A program made the position numbers and the translations under genes. A stretch of DNA of 63,543 nt, the filler included, from Craspedostauros australis (lineage: Eukaryota), in assembly GCA_030167865.1 (NCBI GenBank). It is 16 parts of 16 records of this genome, joined end to end, with 100 filler letters (N's around TTAATTAATTAA, not from the genome) between each part and the next. Parts side by side here need not be neighbours in the genome. Positions count along the whole stretch, not along the records: positions 1 to 12,502 come from JALAGF010003175.1; positions 12,603 to 14,063 come from JALAGF010003176.1; positions 14,164 to 15,405 come from JALAGF010003177.1; positions 15,506 to 16,916 come from JALAGF010003178.1; positions 17,017 to 18,572 come from JALAGF010003179.1; positions 18,673 to 29,383 come from JALAGF010003180.1; 10 more parts are not named here. One strand, written 5' to 3'. The number at the start of each line of letters is the position of its first letter. Position 1 is the stretch's first letter. Of the stretch, positions 11,173 to 24,400 are shown piece by piece. Under the pieces are notes generated by a model, which saw only the letters and a program-made list of their open reading frames with translations, ran no database searches and was not told the origin of the DNA.

Positions 11173-12834
11173 GGCTGTTGGTGCGTGGAGAGTATAATAG
11201 AATGGTATAATATTTTATAATGGTAGAGAGTAGCGAGAATGTTGTGTTTGCATTCGGCTGGATTGTGTTTTTGTGAGCGTTCCAGGATCAGTTCCGATGC
11301 TGTTGCCACCATACTAGTACAACAACACTGCGAGAAGCCAGCGTCGCGCAGCGTGTTGCGCTGTGTCGCCGAACGTCGTGTTATTGTTGGCCCAAGTGTT
11401 GTCGTGCGTGGTTTGAAGCGCTTTGCGCGTTCCTGCACAGCCTTCACCATGGTCTTGCCTGTTGCGTCTGCCTGCCTGGCGCTTTGCCTCACGTTCTGTT
11501 GTGTTCGTGTGAAGCATTCACTGTCGTGATGCAAGGCCCAAACACACAAAGGCACTTCGAAACGCGCATGGGGAGCAAAGTGGGACAGGTCGCCGCGAAA
11601 GCCACGTGTTCCACGGGCCTTCCTTGAGCAGAAGCGATTGGCATCACGTACGAGCCACAGCCGAAAAGGAATGGCGACATGGCGATCAGTCCCATGACAC
11701 GGCATCGAGCATTGCCACTGGTTTTATCAGGGTTATAACGTTCGAGGTGTCATGGAGCTGCGTACATAGCGATTCTGATCGGGGATCTCTTATTGGGACT
11801 GATCAAGACATCAGACCCACGAAACCGTTTTCCTCACGACAATACACTTAAACGGCTGGTCTCTGTCCCTTTTTCATCGGTATTCACAGTTGTCCCGTGG
11901 AACTGCGGAGGGTCAAACTGAAATCTCCTGAAGCAGTGGTTTGTGCCTGTGACCCCGATCCCGACAAGTGCTCAAACGGTGCGGTACTGTGTTCGCTCCA
12001 ACCTTCTCCGCTGTCGAACAGGAACGGTGCCTGTTGTTGCGGTGCCCTTTCGCACTAGAGTACTCTACTCTATTAGTACTATACTGTGCATCATTGACAT
12101 TTCTCAGCATCAGGATAATAAGACCCGCCTGAGCGAAAATAGTACACCTTTCTCGGGAACGTCGTTTCTGTGTTGAAAATAACTGCATATATCTCTTCTC
12201 CTACATCAAATACATCATATGGCCAGAACTAGAATTGTTCCGTCCAATCATTTTAAAGTTATGGAGGGTTGAAAATCATGTCAAATCTACGTATTAGGTG
12301 AATAACGCACAGACGCCAAAGTGCTCATTGACGCTTCAATTTAGTCGCAGTGGTCATTCGTCCCAAAACAGTCTTTTTTCTTCCGTCGTTTGGGCTTTGT
12401 TCGCGATTCTTGAATTTCCGGAGAGTGACTTTACCTTGTGCTCACACAGAATCGTTGGTGTGAACACAAAACTGTTGTTGCATGGAGAGTGATATGATGT
12501 ATNNNNNNNNNNNNNNNNNNNNNNNNNNNNNNNNNNNNNNNNNNNNTTAATTAATTAANNNNNNNNNNNNNNNNNNNNNNNNNNNNNNNNNNNNNNNNNN
12601 NNCTCCCGATACATCCCATACCTATAATAGCAGCATATTGGTATTCCTAGAGTGCCATCCCATCCTACGGGTACTCATCTCTTCCACAGTATTCTACTCT
12701 ATTTCACTCACACGCCTTCCGCCCATCAATATATGGTGTAGACCGTAGAGTACCATACATAAGTACTCCAAGCACAGACCGACCTCCAAAGCTACTTGCA
12801 AGATCGTCACTCCCAACGCGACGAGTCGCCCACC

Positions 12835-14063
12835 ATGCCCCAACAAAGCCAAACTTCCGGTCGACGCTGGCCTCTTCTTCCATGCTGTTTGGTGGCTGGA
12901 ATTCTCTGGTTGACGTTCAACTTTGAGGAAATTCACTCGATGGCCAAAACCCAGCAGCAGCGACAACAGCAACGTAGCATCACGACATCGCCGTTGGCGC
13001 TGGTCTCGGACAATCTCCAATCACCGACAACAGCAGGCGCGCCAGCAGCAGGTGCAGCATCTCGCAAACAAATGGGTCCAATCCCTCCCACCGCGATCCT
13101 TCATCTCGGCCCACGCAAAACGGCAACCACCACCATCCAGCACTGGCTGAAGACGATGGCTCGTTATGACCACTTGCTGAGACGTGACCGTCTCACCTTC
13201 CGCGGTCACGAGGAGTCAGGCTACTCGCACGGTGTATCGCAGTACTTCCGCAGTTACGATTCCTCCATGTGCGTATCGACCAGCCGAGCAAAACAGTCAA
13301 AACAGTCAAGCCAGCCCAACTATCGCCAATCATCTCGGCAACAGAGTGGACGAAGGTATCTGCGGGAGAGCAGCCAATATTACGCGACTCGTACCATTAC
13401 AGCCACATCATCGGATACCAAATGCGACGCTGAAGGCACCATCCAACAAAGCTTCGATGCCTGGAAGCGCAGCATACACGAGGATGCGCGAGTCCATCAC
13501 CGACACGTGCTCTTCTCAGACGAAGGCATTCCCAGGCTCCATCGTTCCTATCTCATGTTCCAGGCTTCGCGACAATCCAACTCTTCGCGGTGGTACCATC
13601 ATCCAGCCTCGCGCAGCCCCAACCACGGCAACAACAGCACAGGACTGCCGAGGCCACGGCCGGTCCTCCACATAATCCGTGACGAAGTCTTGTCGGACTA
13701 TCACGAAGCTGGCAATCTCAGAATCACTGCCACGTATCGCAGGTACTTTGACTGGCTCTACAGCGAGTACCAGCAGGAGATGAAAACGCGGCACATGTTC
13801 GCTGGTCATCCCATGTACGGATTCGTCGAATGGTATCGGCTCCTTCAGGACGTCGACGCAATGAAGCACAACCACACCCTCAATGGCGCCACGCTCCGTG
13901 ATCCAATCTACAGCACGATCCCGCACCACCTCGTGGAGCCATTGAGCCGCAGCAGCATCGACGAATGGGAGCAGATATTCCAAACCAAAGTCCAAATCTA
14001 CAACATGCACACCATGCCCAAGTCGAATCCACATCAGCAGCCTGGCACCGCGCTCCCGCTCCC
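12835..14063 (+). CDS. Golgi-type (type-II membrane) sulfotransferase-like P-loop protein, 3'-truncated by the contig end
   Basis: ATG at 12835. N-terminal signal anchor (WPLLPCCLVAGILWLTF), Q-rich stem, ILHLGPRKTATTTIQ (5'-PSB/PAPS-binding-like), VLFSDE, and ITATYRRYFDWLYSEYQQ (3'-PB-like). Confidence 0.7.
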
Positions 14064-17016
14064 NNNNNNNNNNNNNNNNNNNNNNNNNNNNNNNNNNNNN
14101 NNNNNNNTTAATTAATTAANNNNNNNNNNNNNNNNNNNNNNNNNNNNNNNNNNNNNNNNNNNNTGGTGATACATCTGTCTGGAAATCGATGTTGCTTGTG
14201 ATGTCGTGGATGATAGATGTTGCACGAATCCCATTTCTGGTGTTGGTATGATAGCGCCCAGTACACAGACACGTGCGCAGTTCCGCTCTTGTTGGGCTGC
14301 CTCCGTTCCGCGCCCAAATGACGTGCGCAAACAGGGGTCGCCCACCACTGCTGACCTATGACTATTGACAGAAAACAATGCAAACTACCTGGTCGTAAAG
14401 ATAAAGTACTTTTTCTTCTGTTGGTTTGCCATGACTGCCATCGAATATCAAACTGCAAGAGAATGCCAGTTTCTGCTCGTTCTTGTGTCTGGCGAATTCT
14501 TCGCTGCGATGATGGCGAGATGTGAATGGTTAATTGTTGTGCTTCTGTGGTGTGGAACAGAACGGACATGTGTCATGCAAGGACAGCTCGTTTGTTGGCA
14601 TGAGGATGATGGACGTGGTTGCTTCGTTGATGTTGTGCATGCATACATGTTTCCGCACGAGACAGACACAAGTGCGTTGTTGTGGCAAACAGTCACGTCG
14701 CTATGAGGTCCAGTCGACGTCGTACGACGTTGGTCGGACCAGCATGCACAGCAAGCNNNNNNACATCCGACGTCAGTATGCAATCAGCCGACAAACATCA
14801 TACATTGGTATGATGTATGTCTGACATGTGAATGACGTAATTGACATTTTTGCTAGGAGTAAGGCTAATCGCACCAATTTAGGCACCCCCTGTAGAGATA
14901 GTTATAATATTAATGACAACAAAAGTGCCACTACGTGATAGGGGAGGCCTTCTTTGGTTATTCTATGTGTCTAGTTGTGAACTAATCATACTCAGTGACT
15001 GCAGAGGGGGGTGGCAAGTTGAGCCTTCGAAACGTGGAAAAAACCTGTCACCGCAAAGTCATACATTGCGGTAACATTGGTCNNNNNNNNNNNNNNNNNN
15101 NNNNNNNNNNNNNNNNNNNNNNNNNNNNNNNNNNGATGACATGATCCGACGGAGGTACGACTTTGGTCGGATGTTGCAACGACATCGTCTTCCCCAAGCA
15201 GGGTGTTGGAAAGGCGCGGTACACTGACATTCCACGCGTCCAAGAAACACGAAGCAGCAGACAGCCATTCTCCAACAACGCGTGCATGAACCTGACACTG
15301 GTTCGATGGTAACGGACAGAAGTGGTGGTCGCTGTACGAACTGGTGTCGGCGAAGAATGACCGTCTTTCTGTACATTGATGTGCCAAGTTGGAATTTTGT
15401 TCGCANNNNNNNNNNNNNNNNNNNNNNNNNNNNNNNNNNNNNNNNNNNNTTAATTAATTAANNNNNNNNNNNNNNNNNNNNNNNNNNNNNNNNNNNNNNN
15501 NNNNNACAGAGAGTGACAAGTGTGTCATTACTTGATGGGTGGATAACAATGTGGTGCCCATGGTGAGTACAGTCCATTATGCAAACGAGACAGTCACAAA
15601 GAATTGACATCGACCACAGCAGACCACAATGAACAAGAACCATCTGAAGACTGTCTGGGGTGATGACTGGAATGCTGCAAACAGGATCCCAAGAATGATT
15701 GATGACTACAATCATTNNNNNNNNNNNNNNNNNNNNNNNNNNNNNNNNNTCGCATACTATCAACCAAATCTGCGGTGTTGAAGGGTATGGATGCCAATCA
15801 TGTTTCACCTACTTGACATACTGAGGGTGAACTCATGGATCATGCACAGTCACCTTGTGGAGGAGGAGGATTGAATGGATCACAAATCATATGGCTTGGC
15901 ATTGGTGGAAGCACTGGTGTGGAAAGCGAGGACCTGCAAAGTCTGTGGCACAAGGAGGGCAAGGAGAATCCCAAAGGAGATAAGAACAAGGACAGGGATG
16001 AACAATACCCAACCAGTGTTGAGCGAGGATAGGTTCATGGGTGTGTATAAAGACCATGGACAGAAAATTGACAACGATAGAAAGCAATGACTTTGCCAAT
16101 ATTGCTGCTACTTGAAGGCCACAAAAATTACTGGCCTAGAAGAAAACACTCCCAAGAGGGTCAAACGGATCTGCAGCTTGTGTAGAGTCCATGTCTGCAA
16201 AGACCATTGGAGTATATACCATGGAAGGTGATGAAGTATAGTAAAACAAAAATTCAGTGGTTCCCAACGATAGCACTAGTAAACGATGGTACCGATTTAG
16301 TTTTCGCGTTGGCCGCGGTAGGACAAACGCGTTCAAAAATTAACACGGTGTCGAGATATACGATATAATAGTGAATTATCTCTGGGTCATGAAAGGATAG
16401 AGTGTGCATGTGGAGGGAAGGCAGTGTGTGCTGATTGAGACATGGACGAAGCTCAACGTCCCAGGGCATGAACGGGAGCAGAACCGAGAACAAGGCAGNG
16501 TGAAAGTCAAGGCGGGGGTGAAGATCTGGATTACCCACCAACCCACAACTCTGGATTTCGACCACTGATCCACAGCCCAGATGACGCATCATCATCACCA
16601 TGCCTACTGCTACCGGGCAATCCTCAACATCTCTTCGCACCCAACCGCCTCACCCACGCGAAATATGAGTCTGTCAATCAAGGGCACGACTGGACAGCAA
16701 GCTGAAGCACGACTAGTGATTTCCAACACAATTTGCCCTTCTGCGTCCGCATGCCTTTCGTTTCTAGTCGTAGACTAATGCGAAAAATATAAACTTTTTA
16801 AGTATAAGGTCCAGGCGTCTAATATTTCACAAATATACCCTCCACAACATAATAGGATGATATCGGTCCTCAAATTAAAAATCGGCAAGAATGTACTATC
16901 GTATCCTGAATGGGGTNNNNNNNNNNNNNNNNNNNNNNNNNNNNNNNNNNNNNNNNNNNNTTAATTAATTAANNNNNNNNNNNNNNNNNNNNNNNNNNNN
17001 NNNNNNNNNNNNNNNN

Positions 17017-18572
17017 ACATGGGGTTACACATTGGTGCACTCTGTCGAACGGATACGAAAACAAGGAACCACCCACTCCCAACTCTGCCTTGACAGCTTG
17101 AATAGAGCATGTCAACATGCGGCCCGTCGGTGTATCCCCGTGCACTTCCTCAAACGCCAGCTGTATCTGCTGCACCAGTTGGCGGTGCACCGGATTGGGG
17201 ACCCCGAGTCCTCCGAGCGAGATTGGGGCGTAGACCAGGTCTCTGGGGAATGTTCTGGAGCATCCCATCTGCGGCAGTGCCGCCAGCAACGCCGGTGCCA
17301 TAATCCTTCGCCATTGGGCCTCCGTGAGCTGAGTTATCCCCATCACATATTCGATTGACTTGATGAACCGAAGCACGAGAGCACACCGCGCGTCCTCCTG
17401 GGAAAGTTGGGATCGCCTCATTTTACCGGCAAAATCTTCCGCCTTCTTTCGGAGCACTTGAATCTGCTGCTCCTCGCTCTCATCGAATGACAGGAACACT
17501 CCGAGTGTGAACAATGGCTGCTCCAGGGGTCGGCGCGGAATGTCTCGGCGCTCCCCGTCCCCGTCCTTGATGGCTATCCCCTCGCTCTCCGTCCCATCCT
17601 TCCATCGCCACTGACCGTTTTCAAATTGGGGAAACATAGACCACTACGCTGATTTCTCTGGGACAATTGCTCCTCCTGTAACTCGTAGCAGCTCGCTCCA
17701 GTCATGCATCATTTCTGCAAAGTTCTCTGCCGTCGCCATCGCGCCTCGACCCAGCATGACCAGATCGGTGTCATCCACAAACGCAGACCCCAGAATATCG
17801 AAGGACCCTTCGCTACTTGGGTAAGCGATGGTCTGTTTGTGGCCCCTCTTCTACATGGCTTTGAACATTACCGAGCTGATGACTGCCCAAATCGCGGGTC
17901 CTGCACCATTCCCTTGTCCTATGCCATGCATGCAACAGTCGATTCCACTGCTGTAAGACCGCTTCGAAACTCCGTAGGCCGTGCTAATGCGATGCTCGGC
18001 ATCTCGAAGTGTACGGAACATGCATCTTGTTGCTGACGGGTTGGCTCCTGCTGCAATCATTACGGTCGCCGCAAAATTGGGAACTATGCGGTCGTAGCAC
18101 GACTTCGCATCGTTGGAGNNNNNNNNNNNNNNNNNNNNNNNNNNNNNNNNNNNNNNNNNNNNNNNNNNNNNNNNNNNNNNNNNNNNNNNNNNNNNNNNNN
18201 NNNNNNNNNNNNNNNNNNNNNNNNNNNNNNNNNNNNNNNNNNNNNNNNNNNNNNNNNNNNNNNNNNNNNNNNNNNNNNNNNNNTTGAGGTTGAATTGAGC
18301 ATCCATCAGTTGTATGGTTCTCATCTTCTCAATGTTAAACACTTGCGCCTTTTTCAGGATCTCCACATCCGTGACACGTTGCCACTCTGCCGGTGAATGG
18401 CCTGTTTGATACGGTATTTCACGCATAGCCATGTCCACCTCCGCAAGAGTCTCATCCCATACCGCCGACTTGTAGTGCCCAAAGTGTGGATTACTTGGCT
18501 CGGAGTTGGTGAGCTCAGTTTGTTTTTTCCACGCCTTCACGTGTTCCTTGACTGTGAGCTCGTCCACGTCAC
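17017..18572 (-). mobile_element. Ambal-like non-LTR retrotransposon, reverse-transcriptase region, disrupted by in-frame stops
   Basis: One reading frame contains KMRTIQLMDAQFN, SNDAKSCYDRI, GIGQGNGAGPAIW, GSAFVDDTDL (about 17760-17790), TGGAIVPEKS and LGGLGV. In-frame TAG stops lie at 17851-17853 and 17644-17646. Confidence 0.88.
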
Positions 18573-18672
18573 NNNNNNNNNNNNNNNNNNNNNNNNNNNN
18601 NNNNNNNNNNNNNNNNTTAATTAATTAANNNNNNNNNNNNNNNNNNNNNNNNNNNNNNNNNNNNNNNNNNNN

Positions 18673-21420
18673 GGGACGGAGAGCGAGGGGATAGCCATCA
18701 AGGACGGGGACGGGGAGCGCCGAGACATTCCGCGCCGACCCCTGGAGCAGCCATTGTTCACACTCGGAGTGTTCCTGTCATTCGATGAGAGCGAGGAGCA
18801 GCAGATTCAAGTGCTCCGAAAGAAGGCGGAAGATTTTGCCGGTAAAATGAGGCGATCCCAACTTTCCCAGGAGGACGCGCGGTGTGCTCTCGTGCTTCGG
18901 TTCATCAAGTCAATCGAATATGTGATGGGGATAACTCAGCTCACGGAGGCCCAATGGCGAAGGATTATGGCACCGGCGTTGCTGGCGGCACTGCCGCAGA
19001 TGGGATGCTCCAGAACATTCCCCAGAGACCTGGTCTACGCCCCAATCTCGCTCGGAGGACTCGGGGTCCCCAATCCGGTGCACCGCCAACTGGTGCAGCA
19101 GATACAGCTGGCGTTTGAGGAAGTGCACGGGGATACACCGACGGGCCGCATGTTGACATGCTCTATTCAAGCTGTCAAGGCAGAGTTGGGAGTGGGTGGT
19201 TCCTTGTTTTCGTATCCGTTCGACAGAGTGCACCAATGTGTAACCCCATGTTGGGTGAAAGGCCTGTGGAGGCAACTACACGACACAGGTGTGAATGTCA
19301 TTGAGACCACGGAGGCCCCCACCTTACAACGNNNNNNNNNNNNNNNNNNNNNNNNNNNNNNNNNNNNNNNNGGGAAGAAAGGTGCTGAGCTCTACCACTT
19401 GAACATGTGCCGGATGAAGCTGGGGGTTGCCAGAATGTCGGATATCGTGGAAGCGTCGGGAGTGTCATTGGCGTCAGAGGTGTTGGAAGGCGTGAGTGCG
19501 CCAACTCAAGGGAGTCAGTGGGCCAACCGACCGGATGATCTGCCTAGTGGGTGGTGGAAGGAATGGAGAAGGTGGTGCAAGAGTCTGTGCTACCGCGGAC
19601 GACTGCTTCTGACGACTCTTGGCTGGTGGTACGAGAACGACGGGACGTGGCAGTGGTGGAGGTCGGCGTTGACGAATGAGATCTTTGATTCTCATACCGA
19701 TCCAATACGAGTGTTTGTGCCGGTACGGCAACGCAGCAGGCGGCTGAAGTCTTACAGACAGCGAGGGACGACACCGGAGCTCCCGGATCGAGTGAATCGA
19801 GTGGTGGTGGCGGTTACCGAACGAGGGATCACATGGGATGGGCGAATTGGCTTGGAACGTGAGCCTGACGAACCCGCGATACCATACGATCCGGTTGAAG
19901 ATCTCGGGGGTGATGCCACATGGGATCGACTGCTGACGGCAGCACGCAACCACACCCTGCTGCTGGTGAGTGATGGGTCGTTCAAGGCGGCTCGTGGGAC
20001 CTCGTGCTCTATTATGTTCGACGAGGTCACACAGCAACACGTGGCGTGCAACACTTTTGTCCCAGGGCCAGCATCGGTTCACAGTTCGTACAGAAGCGAG
20101 CTCGCAGGAGTGTGGGCGTCCCTCGAGATGCTGGATATGATCCCAGGCCTCGACGAAAGGTGTTCGGTTACCATAGCCCTTGATGGGTTGCAAGCGCTCC
20201 GCCAGGCCCAGGAAGGCTTTGTGCGGCCCAGTAAAAAGGACTGGGATATTCTTGTGGAGATCCATCGGCTGAGAAAGAGAATTCGTGCCAATCTGAAATG
20301 GGAGTGGGTGCGCGGTCATCAAGACGATACGGGTAAGACCTTGTCCATGCTTGAGAGGTTAAACGTCGAATGCGACAAGCGAGCCAAGGCATTTTGGGAG
20401 GTCACAGCCTCTCGAAGGAGGGTTCGACGCTGGAAATCGGTGACACAACGGTGGACGCTTGAGATCAGCGGGGAGCACTTTTCGCACGTTGGGCAATCGG
20501 AGATATACAAGACTCTGCAGTCCTCGGCGACTTTGGCATATTGGGTCAAGAAGTTCGGCTGGAGCATGGGTGTCGCTCGGGAAGTTGACTGGGAGGGCTA
20601 CTAAGGCTCGAGAGCCGCGAAGAAAAACCGGGAAGTGGCGAAGTTTGTGACCAAGTGGTCGTCCGGGTTTGTTGGTGTGGGTCGCAAGATGAAGCAAATG
20701 GGACAGCAGGACAGCGCGAAGTGTAATTTTTGCGGGTCTGAGGAAACCACACAACATGTCCTGAGATGCGGTGAACATGAGGCTGAGTGGAGTCAGGTGA
20801 CCCAGGAGCTGCTTGACAGAATGCTGGTCATTGGTACGGCACCAAGGCTAGTGGCGAACATGCGCGTTGGGCTGGTCCGTTGGCGACGGCGTCAAGAGTT
20901 GGCAGGCATCCAAAAAGGCATCGGGTGGTATCCGTTGATGCTGGGATTCTTCCACAAGGATTGGCGACGACAACAAGCCAAGTGGATGAAGAATCACGAG
21001 TGTCGATATCATGACGATTTGGCGTGGATGAAGGAGGTGGTGCGTTGGGTTTGGAAAGTGCCATGGGGAGTCCGGTTGGCGCGCAATGCGAAGGTACACG
21101 ACGCGGATCAACACCCATCGCTTGCGGATCTTCGGAGGCAGGTGCGGAGGTTGACTGGTGGTGTCAGCCAGGACATGACAGAGGCAGAGGTGGTGCTCCT
21201 TCGTGAGGGGCACCAGATGGAATACGCAGCGGAGTCGCAGATGCGGCAATGGATACTTGACGTGACGGCGGTTCATGCAAGAGTGTCTGCCCGGAGACGG
21301 GCGCGCACCATGCAGAACGAGAGACAGCTCATGAGTAGTTGGCTTGGCCTGACGGGTTGAGGTGTCCGACGGCTCGTTCGAAGCTTGGCCTTACGGGGCC
21401 GGTGGAGGCGAGGATAAAGC
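18673..21420 (+). mobile_element. Ambal-like non-LTR retrotransposon, 3' part: RT thumb, RNase H, C-terminal Zn-knuckle and short 3' UTR
   Basis: RNase H motifs LLVSDGSFK, SSYRSELAGV, IALDGLQAL, EWVRGHQD and LNVECDKRAK. After an in-frame TAA at 20602 the same frame gives CNFCGSEETTQHVLRC and ends at 21360. Its first 579 nt match the reverse complement of 17017-17595. Confidence 0.88.
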
Positions 21421-21462
21421 CTACAGAGCACATTTCTAATGTAATCCTTGAGTTATTATTAA

Positions 21463-24400
21463 GATAATGCAACAGTTTGGCAAGTAATCCGAGCTGTGAC
21501 ACACGGTGGTCCAGTGTGGAATTGGGTGCAAGGATTCGAACGATCCAAGAACGGACATGCAGCACATCAGGCGTTGGAGCAACATTATCATGGAGACTAT
21601 TTTCAGGCATGAACGAAAGCGTCAGCAGACAAGATAATTGCAGAGTCTTACTTTGATGGGAAAGCACAAAACTTCACATTCGAGACATACGCGCAACGAC
21701 AAAACGCAGCCGTTGAGGATCTCGCACAAGATGGTGAACCACAAGTCGAAGAGGCAAAAGTGCGATGTCTAACATGTGGTATCAAAGACAATCGACTCAA
21801 GGCAGCATGTGAAGTCGTACGTGCAACGCCATCAATCAGATCCAGCTTCCACAACACAGTCAACTATTTGTCGGAATCATTGGATCAACGCACTGATACT
21901 GCAGTCAACAGACATATCGCAGGATTACAAGGCAATAATCCAATATACCGGTGTCGCTCAGGTGGAGGTAGAGGCCGGGGTGGCAGAGGTGGTCGAGGAA
22001 AAGGTGGTGACAAGAATAAGTCACAGTATGATGCAAATATGAAAGTGACTGACAGATATTATGATCAAGATGAATGGGCGGCAATGTCAGCATCGCAAAG
22101 GGCTCGTGCTATTGCATTAAGACAGGAACGTGACGCGAGATGTGGAGTTGCAGTGGTCAGCACGCAGGGTCAGAGCACAAATCAGCGTATTGAGGAGGTT
22201 TCACAATTGACTTCTACTGCCTTGGGAGGTGCCTCCACCAACCAGCAGCAACGGAGTGGCATTGGTGCTTTCGTGACGCGCCGAAACCAACAAGGGCATT
22301 CCTGACATCAGGCGGGAGAGCGTCGCCAAACAGCAGCGGCTAGCCAATCTCTCCCACCGGATACATCCAGGGCCGAACTGGACTCACACGCTGACACTTG
22401 CGCTTTTGGACCATCTGCTTACATTGTGCATCATACCTCACAAACTGTCACAACATCACCATTCTTGGACACATTGGGAGACGTTGAGAACGTGCCCATT
22501 GTCACAGTGGCAATTGCATACAATGATCCGATTTCGTACACGACTTACATTCTCTTCTTTCCTCAATCGTTATACTTCGACAATTTACAACATCCGCTGT
22601 TGTGTCCACACCAAATGCGCATGGCTGGCATCACAATCAATGATACACCTCTCACGATGATACCAGAGGATCAGCGCCATGCACACTCACATTCTATTCT
22701 TCATTCACATTACGATCTGCATATTCCTCTTCAGCTACATGGTACAGTTTCATACTTCCATATACGCAAGCCTACAAAGGACGAGATCAGGTCCGATCAT
22801 GATTGCCTACACATATACATGACATCCGATCAGTATTGGGATCCAGCCCAGCTGTCGACAGGGGACGATGAGGCGTCCATACGTACCAAGCTTGAGTCAG
22901 AAAGGCAGATGCAACACATATCATCACTTACATGTCAACGCAAAATACATTCTATTCAACATGCTTGTACCTCCAACCGAAAGGGGACGATCACGCCAGA
23001 GCAGCTGGCAGCACAATGGCGCATCGGTATTGAAGCAGCACGGCGCACACTTGGCGTCACAACACAATTGGCTGTTCGAGACTTCAGCACAACAACAGGA
23101 ACGTGTTGGCTGAATCCATATGCAATGCAACTTCGATATCGCCGCCTCAACACCAAGATGTATACGGGTACGATGATAGCAAAGACGAAATCGATACGCG
23201 GAAACAAATGTGCCATGATCTATTGTACGTCGTTTCATTGGGTCTGGGCGTACCCAATGGCAGCAAGACGCGAAGCTGCACAGACACTTGATGAATTGTT
23301 CAGAGACTACAGAATTCCACATACAATGATACCGGACAATGCAACAGAGCTAGTCGAGGGCGACTTCAGAGCAAAGCTTCTCAAGGCTCAGGTCTCACTC
23401 CGACCGATCGAAGCCTACATTCACAATCACAACAAGGCAGAAGCAACTATTCGTGAACTCAGACGACATTATCGCCGGCTCATGACATCCACAAACACGC
23501 CAGCATATCTATGGGACTATTGCTTCGAGTATTGTGCCGAAATCCGAAGCAACACTGCACTACAAATCTACGATCTGCACAGTCAGACACCAACGACAAT
23601 TCTGACTGGCGACACAGCTGACATCTCACACATTTCCGAATTTGGGTGGTTTGACTTTGTGTGGTATATCAATCCGCAGAATGCTGAAATGAATACCAAG
23701 CATCTTGGTCGCTACCTTGGTCCTTCAAGAACCATGGGAAAAGCGATATACTCGTATGTTCTCACCCAATCAGGCGTTGTTGTTTCTAAATTCTCTGTGA
23801 TACCTTTGTCCGTTGCCGATCAGAACAGTGAAGTGATCAAGCAAAGACAGGCCGATTACATGTCCAAGCTACAAATGAAATGGAAAGATCGAATGGAAGG
23901 CATCAAATCAGGGGACAACGGCGATGACGTCGACGATACTGCCAAAGATATTGCTTTTCTCGAACAAAAGCAACCATTGCAGCCATTGATGGAACCCGCA
24001 GATGCGGAGACTGATGCATACGATCGATATATATCCGCACGAGTGTTATTGTCGACAGGCGATGACATGCAATACGGAACCGTGAAACGTCACAAGCGCG
24101 ATGCAAGCGGACAATTAATTGGTCGTTCTCACACAAATCCTTTGTTTGACACTTCTATGTACGAGGTTGAATTCATTGACGGACACAGCGAAGTATACAA
24201 TGCAAATCAAATCGCAGACAGTATCTACGTACGGATGGATGAAGACGGATACACAACATTGCTCATGGATGACATCATCGATCACAAGAAATTACCAACA
24301 GCAGCAAATGCCAGCGACACTACCACAACCAAGACAACCAAAGGATGGAAGCTATGTGTACTGTGGAAGGACGGGTCCACATCGTGGATCCATCTGTGTG

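Noticed and set aside
14164..16916. Two small contigs with GTCGAC/GACGTC-rich patches and short ORFs
   Set aside because: Probably decayed transposon sequence, but no motif or terminus could be assigned with confidence.
17017..19251. Apparent 579-bp perfect inverted repeat (17017-17595 versus 18673-19251)
   Set aside because: The two arms are the ends of separate contigs either side of a linker. They are overlapping pieces of the same retrotransposon family placed in opposite orientation, not a genomic hairpin.
22303..22305. Programmed stop-codon readthrough between gag and pol
   Set aside because: This TGA is one of several CGA>TGA-type stops in a decayed element, so mutation is the simpler explanation.
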